A stretch of DNA of 63,996 nt, filler included, from Anaerolineae bacterium (lineage in GTDB: Bacteria; Chloroflexota; Anaerolineae; B4-G1; DUEL01), in the NCBI GenBank assembly GCA_041082215.1. It is 6 parts of 6 records of this genome, joined end to end, with 100 filler letters (N's around TTAATTAATTAA, not from the genome) between each part and the next. Parts side by side here need not be neighbours in the genome. Positions count along the whole stretch, not along the records: positions 24,863 to 47,606 come from JBDOIF010000105.1; 5 more parts are not named here. One strand, 5' to 3'. The translations under genes were made by a program, and so were the position numbers. Below are positions 28,001-38,137 of the stretch, piece after piece. The notes below the pieces were generated by a model. That model was not told the origin of the DNA. It did not search any database and was given only the letters and a program-made list of their open reading frames with translations. Position 1 is the first letter of the stretch; each line of letters starts with the position of its first letter.

Positions 28001-29985
28001 CCGCCACAACGCTGGAACCTGAAGGGCTGCTGCACAGGGCCGGCGAGACCATCGCCCGGAACCTGGCCCTCCCCTCCGCGATCTTCCTCTGGGAGCCGGG
28101 GGTGGGAGCTTTCCGCCCCGTCGCGGTCCACGCAGCCGATGGCTCGGATGTCCCGGCAGAGGGGGAGATGTGGATTACGGAGAAGGCCGATCCCTTCATG
28201 TTCCGGGCCGTTGAGGAGCGCGGCCTCCAGCTCTTCGAGGCGACCGCCCTGGCCCGCCGTCTCCGGGCCGGTTCCGGCCTCTATGTGCCCCTCTTCTCCC
28301 GCGACCGGGTGTTCGGCGTGCTGGGGCTGCTGAACCCCGAAGGCAGGCCCCCGTTCCCACCGGATGTCCTCAGCTTTGCCGACATCATCGGCGCCAACCT
28401 GAGCGTCGTGCTGGACAACGCCTACCTCTACCAGGAGGCCGTGGATACGGCGGAGCGCCTGCAGGAGGTGGACCGGCTGAAGTCCCAGTTCCTGGCCAAC
28501 ATGTCCCACGAGCTGCGTACCCCGCTCAACTCCATCATCGGCTTCTCCCGCGTCATCCTGAAGGGAATTGACGGGCCGATCACCGACCAGCAGCGGCAGG
28601 ACCTGGAGGCAATCTACAACAGCGGACAGCACCTGCTGGGCCTGATCAACGATATCCTGGACATCTCCAAGATCGAGGCCGGCAAGATGGAGCTCAACTT
28701 CCAGTCGGTGGACCTGCAGGAGATCATCCGGGGGGTGATGTCCACCGCTGTCGCCCTGGTCAAGGATAAGCCGATTGACCTGCAGCAGTCGGTCCCGGAG
28801 GACCTGCCCACCATCATAGCTGACGAGCGCCGGATCCGTCAGGTCCTCCTGAATCTGGTCTCCAACGCCGCCAAGTTCACCGACGAGGGCTTCATCCGCG
28901 TCGAGGTCTCCTTCGATGACCAGTTCGTGACCGTCTCGGTGGCCGATAGCGGCATCGGCATCCCTGAAGAGAAGGTCTCCAAGATCTTCGAGGCCTTCAC
29001 CCAGGTGGACGCCTCTCCGTCCCGGAAGTACGGCGGCACCGGCCTGGGGCTGACCATCAGCAAGTCCTTCGTCGAACTCCACGGGGGACGGATCTGGGTG
29101 GAAAGCGAGATCGGCAAAGGTTCTACCTTCACCTTCACCCTCCCCATCCAGGGACCGCCCAGCGCAAGGGCGGAGGAGGAGGTGGCGGCAGCAGGGGCCC
29201 AGGAGGAACCGGCGGAGACAGGATGGAGGCAGGTGCTCTGCGTGGACGATGACCGCGGGGTCATTACCCTCTTCCGTCGCTACCTGAGCAAGCAGGGGTA
29301 CCAGGTGATCGGCCTGACCGATGCCTCGCGGACGGTGGAGGAAGCGAAGCGGATCCGGCCGTATGCCATCACCCTGGATGTGATGATGCCAGGGAAGGAC
29401 GGCTGGCAGGTGATCCAGGAGCTGAAGGCCGACCCGGAGACGCGGGATATCCCGGTGATCATGTGTACGATCGTCGGCGAGAGGGGCCGTGGGTTGAGCC
29501 TGGGCGCAGCGGACTACCTGGTCAAGCCGATCCTGGAGCAGGACCTGCTGGCTGCGCTGGACCGGCTGGACCGGGAGGAGGGCCGCCATCGGATTCTGGT
29601 GGTGGACGACCAGGTGGAGGACCGCAACCTCCTGCGCCGGATCGTCGAAAGCCAGGAGGGGTACGAGGTCATCGAAGCAGGCAGCGGTCAGGAAGCCATT
29701 GCGCTGGTCCATCGGGTCCGGCCCCACATCATCATCCTCGACCTTCTGATGCCCGAAGTGGACGGGTTTGCCGTCCTGGAGGCCCTGAAGGCGGATGAGA
29801 CCACCCGCCTGATCCCCATCGTGGTCGTCACCGCCAAGGAGCTGACGGAGGAAGACCGCCTGCTTCTCAACCACCACATCGAGGCCCTGATCCAGAAGGG
29901 GGTGCTGGATCAGGAGGAGTTGCTGGAGGACGTGGCGGCCGCCCTGAGGAAGCTGGGGCGCAGGTCGGGCGCTGATGGCCGATAG
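24863..29985 (+). CDS. Multi-GAF hybrid sensor histidine kinase with two receiver domains (5' truncated by gap)
   Basis: About 8 GAF-like repeats (PL..G..IG, AIENARL), FLANMSHELRTPLN, NLVSNAAKF, DSGIGI, GGTGLGL, two REC domains (VDDD..LDVMMP; VDDQ..LDLLMP). Confidence 0.95.
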
Positions 29986-30007
29986 ACGAAAGGTGAAGGG
30001 AAACGGT

Positions 30008-31663
30008 ATGAACTCCCATCGGCAACTGACTCCGCCGAGATGGAAGTGCGCCCGTTGCGGCTACGAGGAGGAGTTTGATAGGCCTCTGGAACGGTGTCCG
30101 CACTGCAACGGGGACTGGCTGGATGTGGTCTACGACTACGAGGGGGTCGCCCGGATCTGGCCGGAGGCCCTCCGTGGGCGCCCCTGTGATATGTGGCGGT
30201 ACAGGGAACTGCTGCCGTTGCGGGACGATGCCTACCGGGTCACAATGGGGGAAGGGGGGACGCCTCTCCTGCATTCCACCAACCTGGGGATGATGCTCAG
30301 CGCCCCCCACATCTATATCAAAGACGAGCGCCAGGGGCCGACCGGTTCGTTTAAGGACCGCCAGGCCTCCCTTTCCATTTCTGTTATGAAAGAGCTGGGC
30401 ATCACCGAAGCGGTGGTCGCCTCTACGGGCAACGTCGCGATCTCCTATTCCGCCTATTCCGCCCTGGCCGGCATCAAGATGTGGGCCTTCCTCACCAGTC
30501 TGGTCCCGCCGGAGAAGATGCGGGAGGTCGCTATCTACGGCACCGAGGTCATCAAGGTCACCGGGACCTATGATCAGACCAAACAGGTGGCGGCGGAGTT
30601 CGCCCGACGGCACGGGCTGTATGTGGACCGGGGGATCCGCTCCATCGCCGCCCGGGAGAGCATGAAGACGGTGGCCTTCGAGATCGCCGAGCAGCTTCCC
30701 CTCTTCCTGGGGCCGGGCCCTACACCCTGGCGGGCGCCGGACTGGTATGTGCAGTCGGTCAGCGGGGGGATGGGGCCGGTGGGAGTATGGAAAGGATTCC
30801 AGGAGCTGATGAAGATGGGGCTGGTGGACCGGATGCCCCGGCTGGCCTGCATCCAGGCGGAAGGCTGCGCGCCGATGGTCCGCTCCTTCGAAAAAGGTCT
30901 GGACGAAGCGGAGCCGGTCCTGCGGCCCCGCACCCGCGTCATCACCGTCGCCACCGGCAACCCCGGCCCTGCCTATACCTTCCTGGCCCGCGTCATCCGG
31001 GAGCACGGCGGGGCCTTCGAGGCGGTCAGCGATGAGGAGACCTTCCGGGCGATGCACGTGATGGCAAAGCTGGACGGCATCTCGATGGAGCCGGCCGCCG
31101 CCCTGGCCTTCGCCGGCCTCTTCCAGTTGATGAGCAAAGGGGTGATCGGCCGGGACGAGGTGGTGGTGGTCAACTGCTCCGGCCACACCTTCCCGGTGGA
31201 AAAACACCTCCTGGGGGATGACTGGGCGCGGACGGTGGAAGCCCCGGCGATGGAGGAAGGGTTGCTCGGTTCGCTGGAGCAACTGGACCGACGGGTGCGA
31301 CGCATCGCCATCCTGGAAGATGACCCCAGCGCCGTCCGCCTCCTGCGACGTATCCTCCAGGCCCGGGGGGATTACCAGATCTTCGAGGCCTACGACGGCC
31401 GGTCCGGCGTGGAATTGATCCGACGGGAGCGACCCGATGTGGTCCTGCTGGACCTGATGATGCCGGAGATGGATGGGTTTGGCGTCCTCGACGCTTTGCG
31501 CGGCGATGAGCAACTGGCGGGTATCCCCGTCATCGTCGTCACCGCCAAGGAACTGACTCCGAGTGAGCGGATGCGGCTGAGCGGTCAGATCCGTATGCTT
31601 CTGCAAAAAGGGGCCTTCACCGATGAGGAGCTTTTGCAGGAGGTGCTGGACGCGCTGGAGTGA
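30008..31663 (+). CDS. Threonine-synthase-like PLP enzyme fused to C-terminal receiver domain
   Basis: CxxC..CxxC, GEGGTPL, GPTGSFKDR, ASTGN, SGGMG, EPAAA; then ILEDD..LLDLMMP..VTAK; alternative start 29975. Confidence 0.9.
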   Translation: MNSHRQLTPPRWKCARCGYEEEFDRPLERCPHCNGDWLDVVYDYEGVARIWPEALRGRPCDMWRYRELLPLRDDAYRVTMGEGGTPLLHSTNLGMMLSAPHIYIKDERQGPTGSFKDRQASLSISVMKELGITEAVVASTGNVAISYSAYSALAGIKMWAFLTSLVPPEKMREVAIYGTEVIKVTGTYDQTKQVAAEFARRHGLYVDRGIRSIAARESMKTVAFEIAEQLPLFLGPGPTPWRAPDWYVQSVSGGMGPVGVWKGFQELMKMGLVDRMPRLACIQAEGCAPMVRSFEKGLDEAEPVLRPRTRVITVATGNPGPAYTFLARVIREHGGAFEAVSDEETFRAMHVMAKLDGISMEPAAALAFAGLFQLMSKGVIGRDEVVVVNCSGHTFPVEKHLLGDDWARTVEAPAMEEGLLGSLEQLDRRVRRIAILEDDPSAVRLLRRILQARGDYQIFEAYDGRSGVELIRRERPDVVLLDLMMPEMDGFGVLDALRGDEQLAGIPVIVVTAKELTPSERMRLSGQIRMLLQKGAFTDEELLQEVLDALE

Positions 31664-31672
31664 GGGGGGAAT

Positions 31673-32953
31673 ATGGACCAGAGAGGGCCTGTGCGTATTC
31701 TGTATGTCGAGGATGATCCGGCCAGTGCTGCCCTGGTGCGACGGATACTGGAGCCGGAAGGGTTCGATGTCGTCGTAGTCGCCGACGGGGTAACGGCGCT
31801 GGAAAGCGTTGCTCGTGTCCGCCCTGCCCTGATCCTGATGGACATCAACATCGCCGGAATGGACGGCTATGAGGTGACCACCCGACTCCGGTCTATGGAG
31901 GAGATGCGGGGGGTGCCGATCGTGGCCGTCACCGCTGCCACGCTGAAGGGAGATCGAGAACGGGCACTCATCGCAGGCTGCGATGGCTACATCCCCAAAC
32001 CCATTGATGTGGACCGCTTCCCTGAGCAGGTGTGGGCCTTCCTGGGCGGATTGCGGGAACAGGTGGAATCCCCAGAGGAGAAGGTGCGGTACCTGGCGGA
32101 ATACACCGGCCGGCTGGTCCAGCATCTTGAGGAAAAGGTGCGGGACCTTCAGAAGGCCCACGCCGAACTCCAGCGTATTGATAAGATGAAGACCGACTTC
32201 GTCATCCTGGCGGGCCACGAGCTTCGGACCCCCCTCACGGCTATCTACGGCTACACTCAAATCCTCCTTTCCAACCCCGACATCCCTGGCTCGGCCGATG
32301 AGGTCGGCAGCCCCCGCTTCATCCTGCAGAAAATGGCCGAGGCGACCAAGCGGTTGAGCCAGGTCGTGGAGGACATCCTTAACGTCTCTCTGATTGACGC
32401 CAATGAGCTGGACCTGGCGATGGGGCCGGTGTTGCTGGATCCTCTGGTGCGCAGTGTGGTGCGCAATATCACCGGCCTCGCGCCCGACCGGCAGCTCACC
32501 TTCCAGGTCGAACTGGAAGGACTGCCGATGATCGTGGGGGATTCGCAGCGGCTCTATCAGGCGTTGTGGAACGTGATCAGCAACGCGGCCAAATACACGC
32601 CGGACGGCGGGAGGATCCGGATCGCTGGCCGGGTGGTGGAGGAGACCGTCCACCTGATGATCCAGGATACAGGGATCGGGATTGACCCCGGGGAGCAGGA
32701 GCAGATCTTCGATCGCTTTTACGTGCTGGAGAACACGGCCCTCCACCGCTCCAGCAAGACCGCCTTTAAGGGAGGAGGGCTGGGGCTGGGGCTGACCGTG
32801 GCCAAAGGGCTGATCGAGGCTCACGGTGGGCGGATTTGGGTGGAGAGCGAGGGCCGGGACGAGGAACGGCTACCTGGCAGCACGTTTCACATTCTGTTGC
32901 CGCTCCCCGAGCAGGATGCTCAGGATCAGGATCGCGCCGCCGGTCCACTGTAG
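31673..32953 (+). CDS. Receiver--histidine kinase hybrid
   Basis: YVEDD..LMDINI..KP; GHELRTPL, NVISNAAKY, DTGIGI, GLGLGL. Confidence 0.93.
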   Translation: MDQRGPVRILYVEDDPASAALVRRILEPEGFDVVVVADGVTALESVARVRPALILMDINIAGMDGYEVTTRLRSMEEMRGVPIVAVTAATLKGDRERALIAGCDGYIPKPIDVDRFPEQVWAFLGGLREQVESPEEKVRYLAEYTGRLVQHLEEKVRDLQKAHAELQRIDKMKTDFVILAGHELRTPLTAIYGYTQILLSNPDIPGSADEVGSPRFILQKMAEATKRLSQVVEDILNVSLIDANELDLAMGPVLLDPLVRSVVRNITGLAPDRQLTFQVELEGLPMIVGDSQRLYQALWNVISNAAKYTPDGGRIRIAGRVVEETVHLMIQDTGIGIDPGEQEQIFDRFYVLENTALHRSSKTAFKGGGLGLGLTVAKGLIEAHGGRIWVESEGRDEERLPGSTFHILLPLPEQDAQDQDRAAGPL

Positions 32954-33841
32954 GAGGGAGAGCCGCTCGCCGAGGAGCAGGAAGGCCAGCCCCAGAGAGA
33001 CCAGCAACTCCAGCAGGCTGATCAGCGCCGCTTCGATCCCGCCGAGCCGTTGAAGGCCGGCGAACATCAGGACCCGGGAGAGGGCGGTGGTGACCCCCAG
33101 CGCGATGATGGTGTTCCAGCCCGGTAGGGGGATCGGCTCGATCGTCCCTCCCTGAAGCATGCGGGCAACCCCCACCGTCGCGGCCATCGCTGTAAGAATG
33201 TAGGGGGTAGCGGTCCGGGAGGGGACGTCCGCCAGGACCCACTGGCCCAGGACCAGGTGCCAGCCGTAGGTGGCCGCCGAGGCGATCATCAGCATCACCC
33301 CCAGCCAGTCTGGCCTGCCTACCCCCGCTCCGGTGAGGAGATAGACCCCCCCCATCGCCAGCCCCATCCGCACCAGCGTCAGCAGCCGGATCGGCTGTCC
33401 GGAGGCGGTGAGGAAGAGGACAACCCACAGCAAGTAAAGGGTGTTGAGGAAGGAAGCGAGGGAGGCTTCCAGCCGCGAGAGGCCAGAGTAGTAGAGAAGG
33501 GAACCGATCCCATTCACCGCACCGATGGCGATGCAACCGACCAGTTCCTGCCACGTGATCCGCAGCCAGCCCCGCCAGAGAAGCCCGTACCCGAACCAGA
33601 GCAGCGTTGCCGCCACGATCGTGCGCACGGTCGCTACAGTGAAAGGGGTGACCCCATGGGCGTAGGCCAGCTTGCCCAGGATGGGCGCCCAGCCGAGGAA
33701 GAAACTGGCCAGGGCGGTGTTGCGAACCCCGCGCGTCCGCTCCCGATCTGCCCACAGCCTCCGGATACGTCCTGAGTCTGGCAATTCCCTCTTCCTGTGC
33801 TGCATCGGGCCTGTGGCTACGATGTTATCCGCATCCGGCAA
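32870..33841 (-). CDS. DMT/EamA family transporter
   Basis: About 10 TM helices in two repeats, LLGERLS..QWTG motif; start uncertain. Confidence 0.85.
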   Translation of the reverse strand: MPDADNIVATGPMQHRKRELPDSGRIRRLWADRERTRGVRNTALASFFLGWAPILGKLAYAHGVTPFTVATVRTIVAATLLWFGYGLLWRGWLRITWQELVGCIAIGAVNGIGSLLYYSGLSRLEASLASFLNTLYLLWVVLFLTASGQPIRLLTLVRMGLAMGGVYLLTGAGVGRPDWLGVMLMIASAATYGWHLVLGQWVLADVPSRTATPYILTAMAATVGVARMLQGGTIEPIPLPGWNTIIALGVTTALSRVLMFAGLQRLGGIEAALISLLELLVSLGLAFLLLGERLSLLQWTGGAILILSILLGERQQNVKRAAR

Positions 33842-33955
33842 CCCCTGCCACGATGGACACTCCCCAGTCTGCTACCTCTGGGAATTGTACAGAGAGTGGG
33901 CCGGGAAGGCAAGCGCCCGCAACCCGTTGAGAGATAGAGTGTTTCATGCTATGGA

Positions 33956-34579
33956 GTGGTGATGATGGGGCGCTGGGTCCTTTCTCTGGTGCTCGGCTAT
34001 CTGCTCGGCTCCATCCCGGTAGGGCTCCTGGTCGTCCGCTGGCGGCGGGGGATTGATGTGCGACGGGTGGGGAGCGGACGGACCGGGGGGACCAATGTGT
34101 TGCGGGCGGCGGGGTGGGGGGCGGCGGTGCTGACGGGGCTGGGGGACGGCCTCAAGGCGGCGATGGCGGTGTGGATAGCCCGCTGGCTGGGTGGGACGCC
34201 GCTCCTCCAGGCCCTGGCCGGCGTGGCCGCCGTGGCGGGACATAACTATTCGGCCTTCCTCCATTTCCAGGGAGGGGCCGGCACGATGGCCTCCATCGGC
34301 GGGGCGACAGCCCTCTGGCCTCTCAACCTCCCCATTCTGATGGCGGTCCTCGTGGGCGTCGCTCTCCCCACCCGCCGGGCCTCTATGGGGTCCATCGCCG
34401 TCGCCCTCGTTCTCCCCGCTATCTTTGCCGTGCGGGCAGCAGTCGGAGCGGGACCGTGGGCCTATCTGGCACACGGTCTCCTGACCTCTGCCCTTACCCT
34501 CTGGTCGCTGCGGCCCAACATCCGCCGCCTCCTGCGGGGCGAGGAGCGGCGCATTGAGCTGGGGGCAGGAAAGGACTGA
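33956..34579 (+). CDS. plsY: Glycerol-3-phosphate acyltransferase PlsY
   Basis: YLLGSIP, GSGRTGGTNVLR, DGLK, GHNYS, FQGGAG. Confidence 0.85.
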   Translation: MVMMGRWVLSLVLGYLLGSIPVGLLVVRWRRGIDVRRVGSGRTGGTNVLRAAGWGAAVLTGLGDGLKAAMAVWIARWLGGTPLLQALAGVAAVAGHNYSAFLHFQGGAGTMASIGGATALWPLNLPILMAVLVGVALPTRRASMGSIAVALVLPAIFAVRAAVGAGPWAYLAHGLLTSALTLWSLRPNIRRLLRGEERRIELGAGKD

Positions 34580-34583
34580 CCCC

Positions 34584-35522
34584 CTATGGCCTTTCCTGCC
34601 TTTCCAGCCATACCTCCAGCACCCGCCCTACCCGTTCCAGGCTCTCCGGGCTGACCCTGTCGGGCGTATCCTGCGTCGTGTGCCAGTAGGGGTAATCGAA
34701 GTCAATGATGTCTGCCGCCAGGATGCCCCGCTGGACAAAGGGGACATGGTCGTCGTACATCGTCCACCGCAAAGTGGGGACGAAGGTCTCTGTGTACCCC
34801 ATCGTAGCCGCGATCTCCCACAGCTCCTGCTGGAGGGCGAGGTCGGAGTTCCCCTCGAAGTAAAACTGCTGATCGGCGTCGCCGACCATATCCACCACGA
34901 CCACAGCCTCAGGAGTAACCTCCAGATGGGCGGCCATATAGGAGGAGCCGACACACCATTCCCATCCATCCAGCCGTCCGTTGTCCTCGGCGTCGAAGAA
35001 GGCCAGCCAGACCTGGTGGGAGAGCCGGTCCCGATCCAGAACCCGGGCCAGCTCCAGCAGGACGGCGACGCCGGAGGCCCCGTCGTTGGCGCCCAGGACA
35101 GGGACGGTTGGGTCCTCCTGATCGGCGCTGCGGCGCGTGTCGTAGTGGGCGCCGAGGATGATCACCGGCCCCTCTCCCGCCTGCCCGACGATGTTGCGGA
35201 CAGGTGTATCGTGGTAGGTGAACTCCTCCGTCCACACCTCCCATCCCTGCGCTTCGAGGTAGGAGATGATGGCATCGCCAGCGGCCCGGTTGGCGGCGGA
35301 GCCGGTTGGCCGGGGGCCCAGGTCGCACTGGGCCTGGACATGGGCGTAGGCTGCCTGACCGTCGAACGTGAGGGGGGTGGGCGGCGTCGCAGGGGGGGAG
35401 CAACCGACGAGCAGGAGAATGACGGCGGGCAGGAGGTAAACCTTACTCCACCTCCTACCCCCTCCGCCAGAGGATGGGGTAATTGTCGGATCAACTGGGC
35501 AAACTGCAAAATCTTGCGCCAT
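34584..35522 (-). CDS. M28 family peptidase / glutaminyl cyclase-like lipoprotein
   Basis: Lipobox LVGC, GAHYDTR, GANDGASG, FDAED, DMVGD, DDHVPF, WHTTQD; start uncertain. Confidence 0.88.
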   Translation of the reverse strand: MAQDFAVCPVDPTITPSSGGGGRRWSKVYLLPAVILLLVGCSPPATPPTPLTFDGQAAYAHVQAQCDLGPRPTGSAANRAAGDAIISYLEAQGWEVWTEEFTYHDTPVRNIVGQAGEGPVIILGAHYDTRRSADQEDPTVPVLGANDGASGVAVLLELARVLDRDRLSHQVWLAFFDAEDNGRLDGWEWCVGSSYMAAHLEVTPEAVVVVDMVGDADQQFYFEGNSDLALQQELWEIAATMGYTETFVPTLRWTMYDDHVPFVQRGILAADIIDFDYPYWHTTQDTPDRVSPESLERVGRVLEVWLERQERP

Positions 35523-35876
35523 ACAATCCCTCGCCAGGATACAAAAAGCTACAACAGCAGCTCTATTGTAACCGGTTGGGCCGATCGGGCAAGCTAAAGG
35601 CAAGCTGAAAGCTTGCCCTACAACGAAGGCAGTGTACCCTTCTCTCAGGAAACATCAGCCGCTTCAGACAGGGCGTGCTCCAGGTGTCTCTGTCAGGCGA
35701 GTGGCGGTGGGGTGAGGGTCTGATGGAATGCTGCATCCACCCCCGTCCCCCCGCAAATGCATTCCACCTGGGGAACTTGAATCCTCAAGCGCCCCCACAA
35801 CGTGTCCGGGTGTCGCGGGTAGGTGAACAGGTTAGAATTCCGTTTGAAGGCAGGATGAAATAGCCGTCGGCAATTG

Positions 35877-35905
35877 TTGCATCCCATCCCAATTTCGTGT
35901 ACAAT
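35877..35905 (+). promoter_or_regulatory. Sigma70-type promoter, probably leaderless transcript
   Basis: TTGCAT-17 nt-TACAAT, ATG 8 nt downstream, no SD. Confidence 0.6.
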
Positions 35906-35913
35906 GGGATGAA

Positions 35914-36693
35914 ATGGAACGCCTGGCTATCACTACCTGTGGGCGAGATATCTCGAAACATATCGCCCTGGCCCGGGCACACGGCGTAGGCATCGAGATT
36001 CAGGTCTACGGCTACGATCCCAACCTGCTGGATGGGGACTGGCAGACGTTAGTCAGCCAGCACAGGAGATTGCTGCACGGCTTTGAGGGTGAGATCGCCC
36101 TCCACGGGGCCTTCTACGAAATGTACAGCGCCAGCGTGGACCAGCGGGTGAGCGCTCTTACCCGAGAGCGATACCTGCTGAACCTCCGCATCGCGGCCGA
36201 ATTGGGAGCATGCCACGTAGTGTTCCACGCCAATTACCTGCCCGCCATCCGTCACCCCACCTACCTGCCCGATTGGACCGAGCGTCAGGCGAACTTCTGG
36301 GGCAGGCTGGTTGACGAAGCTGGCCGGTTGGGCGTGATCATCGCGCTGGAAAACATGTGGGAGCCGGATCCGACAATTATCGCCGGGGTCCTGGAGCAGG
36401 TGGATTCGCCCTACCTGGCTGCCTGTCTGGACGTCGGGCACGTCCATCTCTACTCGGATTCCCTTCCTTTCTCCGCCTGGGTGGACCGGTTGAGGGACCG
36501 ACTGGTCCACTGTCACATCAACAATAACCGCGGCCTCTACGACGAGCACCTCCCGCTGGATGCGGCTGAAGGGATCATAGACTATCAGGCCATCCTCCCT
36601 CTTCTCCGGTCATTGCCCCGCCCCCCGCTCATCGTCCTGGAGATGGACCGGCTGGAAGACCTGGAGCGCCGCCTCCGTTATCTGGGCCGGTAG
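35914..36693 (+). CDS. Sugar phosphate isomerase/epimerase (xylose isomerase-like TIM barrel)
   Basis: LHGAF, VFH, LENMWE, CLDVGH, HCHINNN..DEHLP, VLE. Confidence 0.88.
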   Translation: MERLAITTCGRDISKHIALARAHGVGIEIQVYGYDPNLLDGDWQTLVSQHRRLLHGFEGEIALHGAFYEMYSASVDQRVSALTRERYLLNLRIAAELGACHVVFHANYLPAIRHPTYLPDWTERQANFWGRLVDEAGRLGVIIALENMWEPDPTIIAGVLEQVDSPYLAACLDVGHVHLYSDSLPFSAWVDRLRDRLVHCHINNNRGLYDEHLPLDAAEGIIDYQAILPLLRSLPRPPLIVLEMDRLEDLERRLRYLGR

Positions 36694-36768
36694 GGGCGAC
36701 CGGCAGGTCGCCCCTACAGGCCGGTCGCCCCTACAGGCCGGTCGCCCCTACAGGCCGGTCGCCCCTAC
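36690..36768. repeat. GTAG-type REP with three 17-bp tandem duplications of its right arm
   Basis: gtaggggcgaccggcaggtcgcccctac + (aggccggtcgcccctac)3. Confidence 0.9.
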
Positions 36769-36803
36769 AGGCCATCGGCCGCCCATCCCACTACAGGCCC
36801 CAT

Positions 36804-36831
36804 TTGCCCTTTTGGGGATAATGTGTATAAT
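36804..36831 (+). promoter_or_regulatory. Sigma70-type promoter
   Basis: TTGCCC-16 nt-TATAAT with TGTG upstream of -10. Confidence 0.5.
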
Positions 36832-36879
36832 CGGGACTGCAGTGGGTTGGAGAAACCATAAAAAAGGACTCAGCCCGCA

Positions 36880-38058
36880 TTGGACAACGCAAAACAGAGC
36901 CCAACCGCCCTTCTGCAAGGGGCGGTAGAGGCAAATAGAGGATATAGAAAAGCTCTGGGGGAGTGGCTGGAGGCCACGCTGCCCCGCTTCTTTGCCTGGC
37001 TGGCCGTCACAGTCTGGCGTTTGGGCGGGGACTGGCGCGGGGTACGGCCACTTCTGACACGTACCTCAGCCCATGCAGCGGTCTTTGTCACAGCCTGCAT
37101 CGCCGTGGCGCTGAGCTCTGTCCACTGGTCGGCTTTTGCTGCCCGGCCCCTCTCCTCCCCTCCCTCCATCCTCGCCCAGCAGACGACCCCTCAGGCCACG
37201 CCAGCGGCCCTGACAGAGGTGCTGGCTAACAACGGGCAACTCCTGCAGCAATCAGTCTGGGGGCCGATCACCCGTCAGGTCGAACCCCACACTACCGTCC
37301 CCCAGCGCCCCCGGCTGGAAGTCATCACCTACACCGTACAGCTTGGGGATACGGTCCAGGCCATCGCCGCCCGGTTCGGGCTGGACCCCACCACCATTAT
37401 GTGGTCCAATCCGGCCATCGAAGACGCGCCGGACCTCCTCCGCATCGGTCAGGAGGTGGTGATCCTCCCTATTGACGGGGTTTATCACACCGTTCGGGAA
37501 GGGGATACGCTGGAGTCCATCGCCGAAAAGTATAAGGTGACAGTAGAGGCGATCACCTCCTGCGAGTATAACCACCTGGAGCCGCCCGATTATCCCATCG
37601 AGCCGGGGATGAAGCTGATCGTGCCGGGCGGCGAAAAGCCGTGGGTGCCGCGGGTGGTCACCAGCTACACCGGCCCCATTCCCGAAGGGGCACGGGGGAC
37701 CGGGCTGTTCCAGTGGCCGGTGCTGGGAACCATCACCCAGGGGTACTGGTACGGCCACCGGGCCCTTGACCTGGGCGTGCCGGTGGGCACAGCGGTCCGG
37801 GCAGCGGATGGGGGCTTCGTCAGCTTTGCCGGCTGGACCGACATCGGCTATGGCTACCTGGTGGTGGTGGACCACGCCAACGGCTTCGCCACCTACTATG
37901 CCCACCTGAGCAACTTCTACGTTACCGCTGGTCAGGCAGTGGAACGGGGACAGGTGATCGCCGCCTCCGGCAACACCGGCTGGTCCACCGGCCCCCATCT
38001 CCACTTCGAGATCCGCTACAACGGGGTGCCACAGAACCCGCGAGCCTACCTTCCTTAA
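36880..38058 (+). CDS. LysM x2 / M23 peptidoglycan endopeptidase family protein
   Basis: YTVQLGDT, HTVREGDT, HRALD, YAHL, TGPHLHFE; start uncertain. Confidence 0.92.
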   Translation: MDNAKQSPTALLQGAVEANRGYRKALGEWLEATLPRFFAWLAVTVWRLGGDWRGVRPLLTRTSAHAAVFVTACIAVALSSVHWSAFAARPLSSPPSILAQQTTPQATPAALTEVLANNGQLLQQSVWGPITRQVEPHTTVPQRPRLEVITYTVQLGDTVQAIAARFGLDPTTIMWSNPAIEDAPDLLRIGQEVVILPIDGVYHTVREGDTLESIAEKYKVTVEAITSCEYNHLEPPDYPIEPGMKLIVPGGEKPWVPRVVTSYTGPIPEGARGTGLFQWPVLGTITQGYWYGHRALDLGVPVGTAVRAADGGFVSFAGWTDIGYGYLVVVDHANGFATYYAHLSNFYVTAGQAVERGQVIAASGNTGWSTGPHLHFEIRYNGVPQNPRAYLP

Positions 38059-38082
38059 AAAGCCAGCAACTGCAATGAACAA

Positions 38083-38118
38083 CAGAGGGCACAGGGGGAA
38101 TCGTCCCTGCGCCCTCTG
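38083..38118. terminator. Hairpin between convergent genes (CACAGAG-like palindrome, possible terminator)
   Basis: cagagggcacaggg / ccctgcgccctctg. Confidence 0.5.
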
Positions 38119-38137
38119 CTTATTGCGGTTCGACCCC

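Noticed and set aside
27109..32824. Very long minus-strand ORFs (922 aa, 985 aa) and similar antisense ORFs elsewhere
   Set aside because: Shadow ORFs opposite well-supported genes, expected in high-GC DNA; no recognisable motifs.
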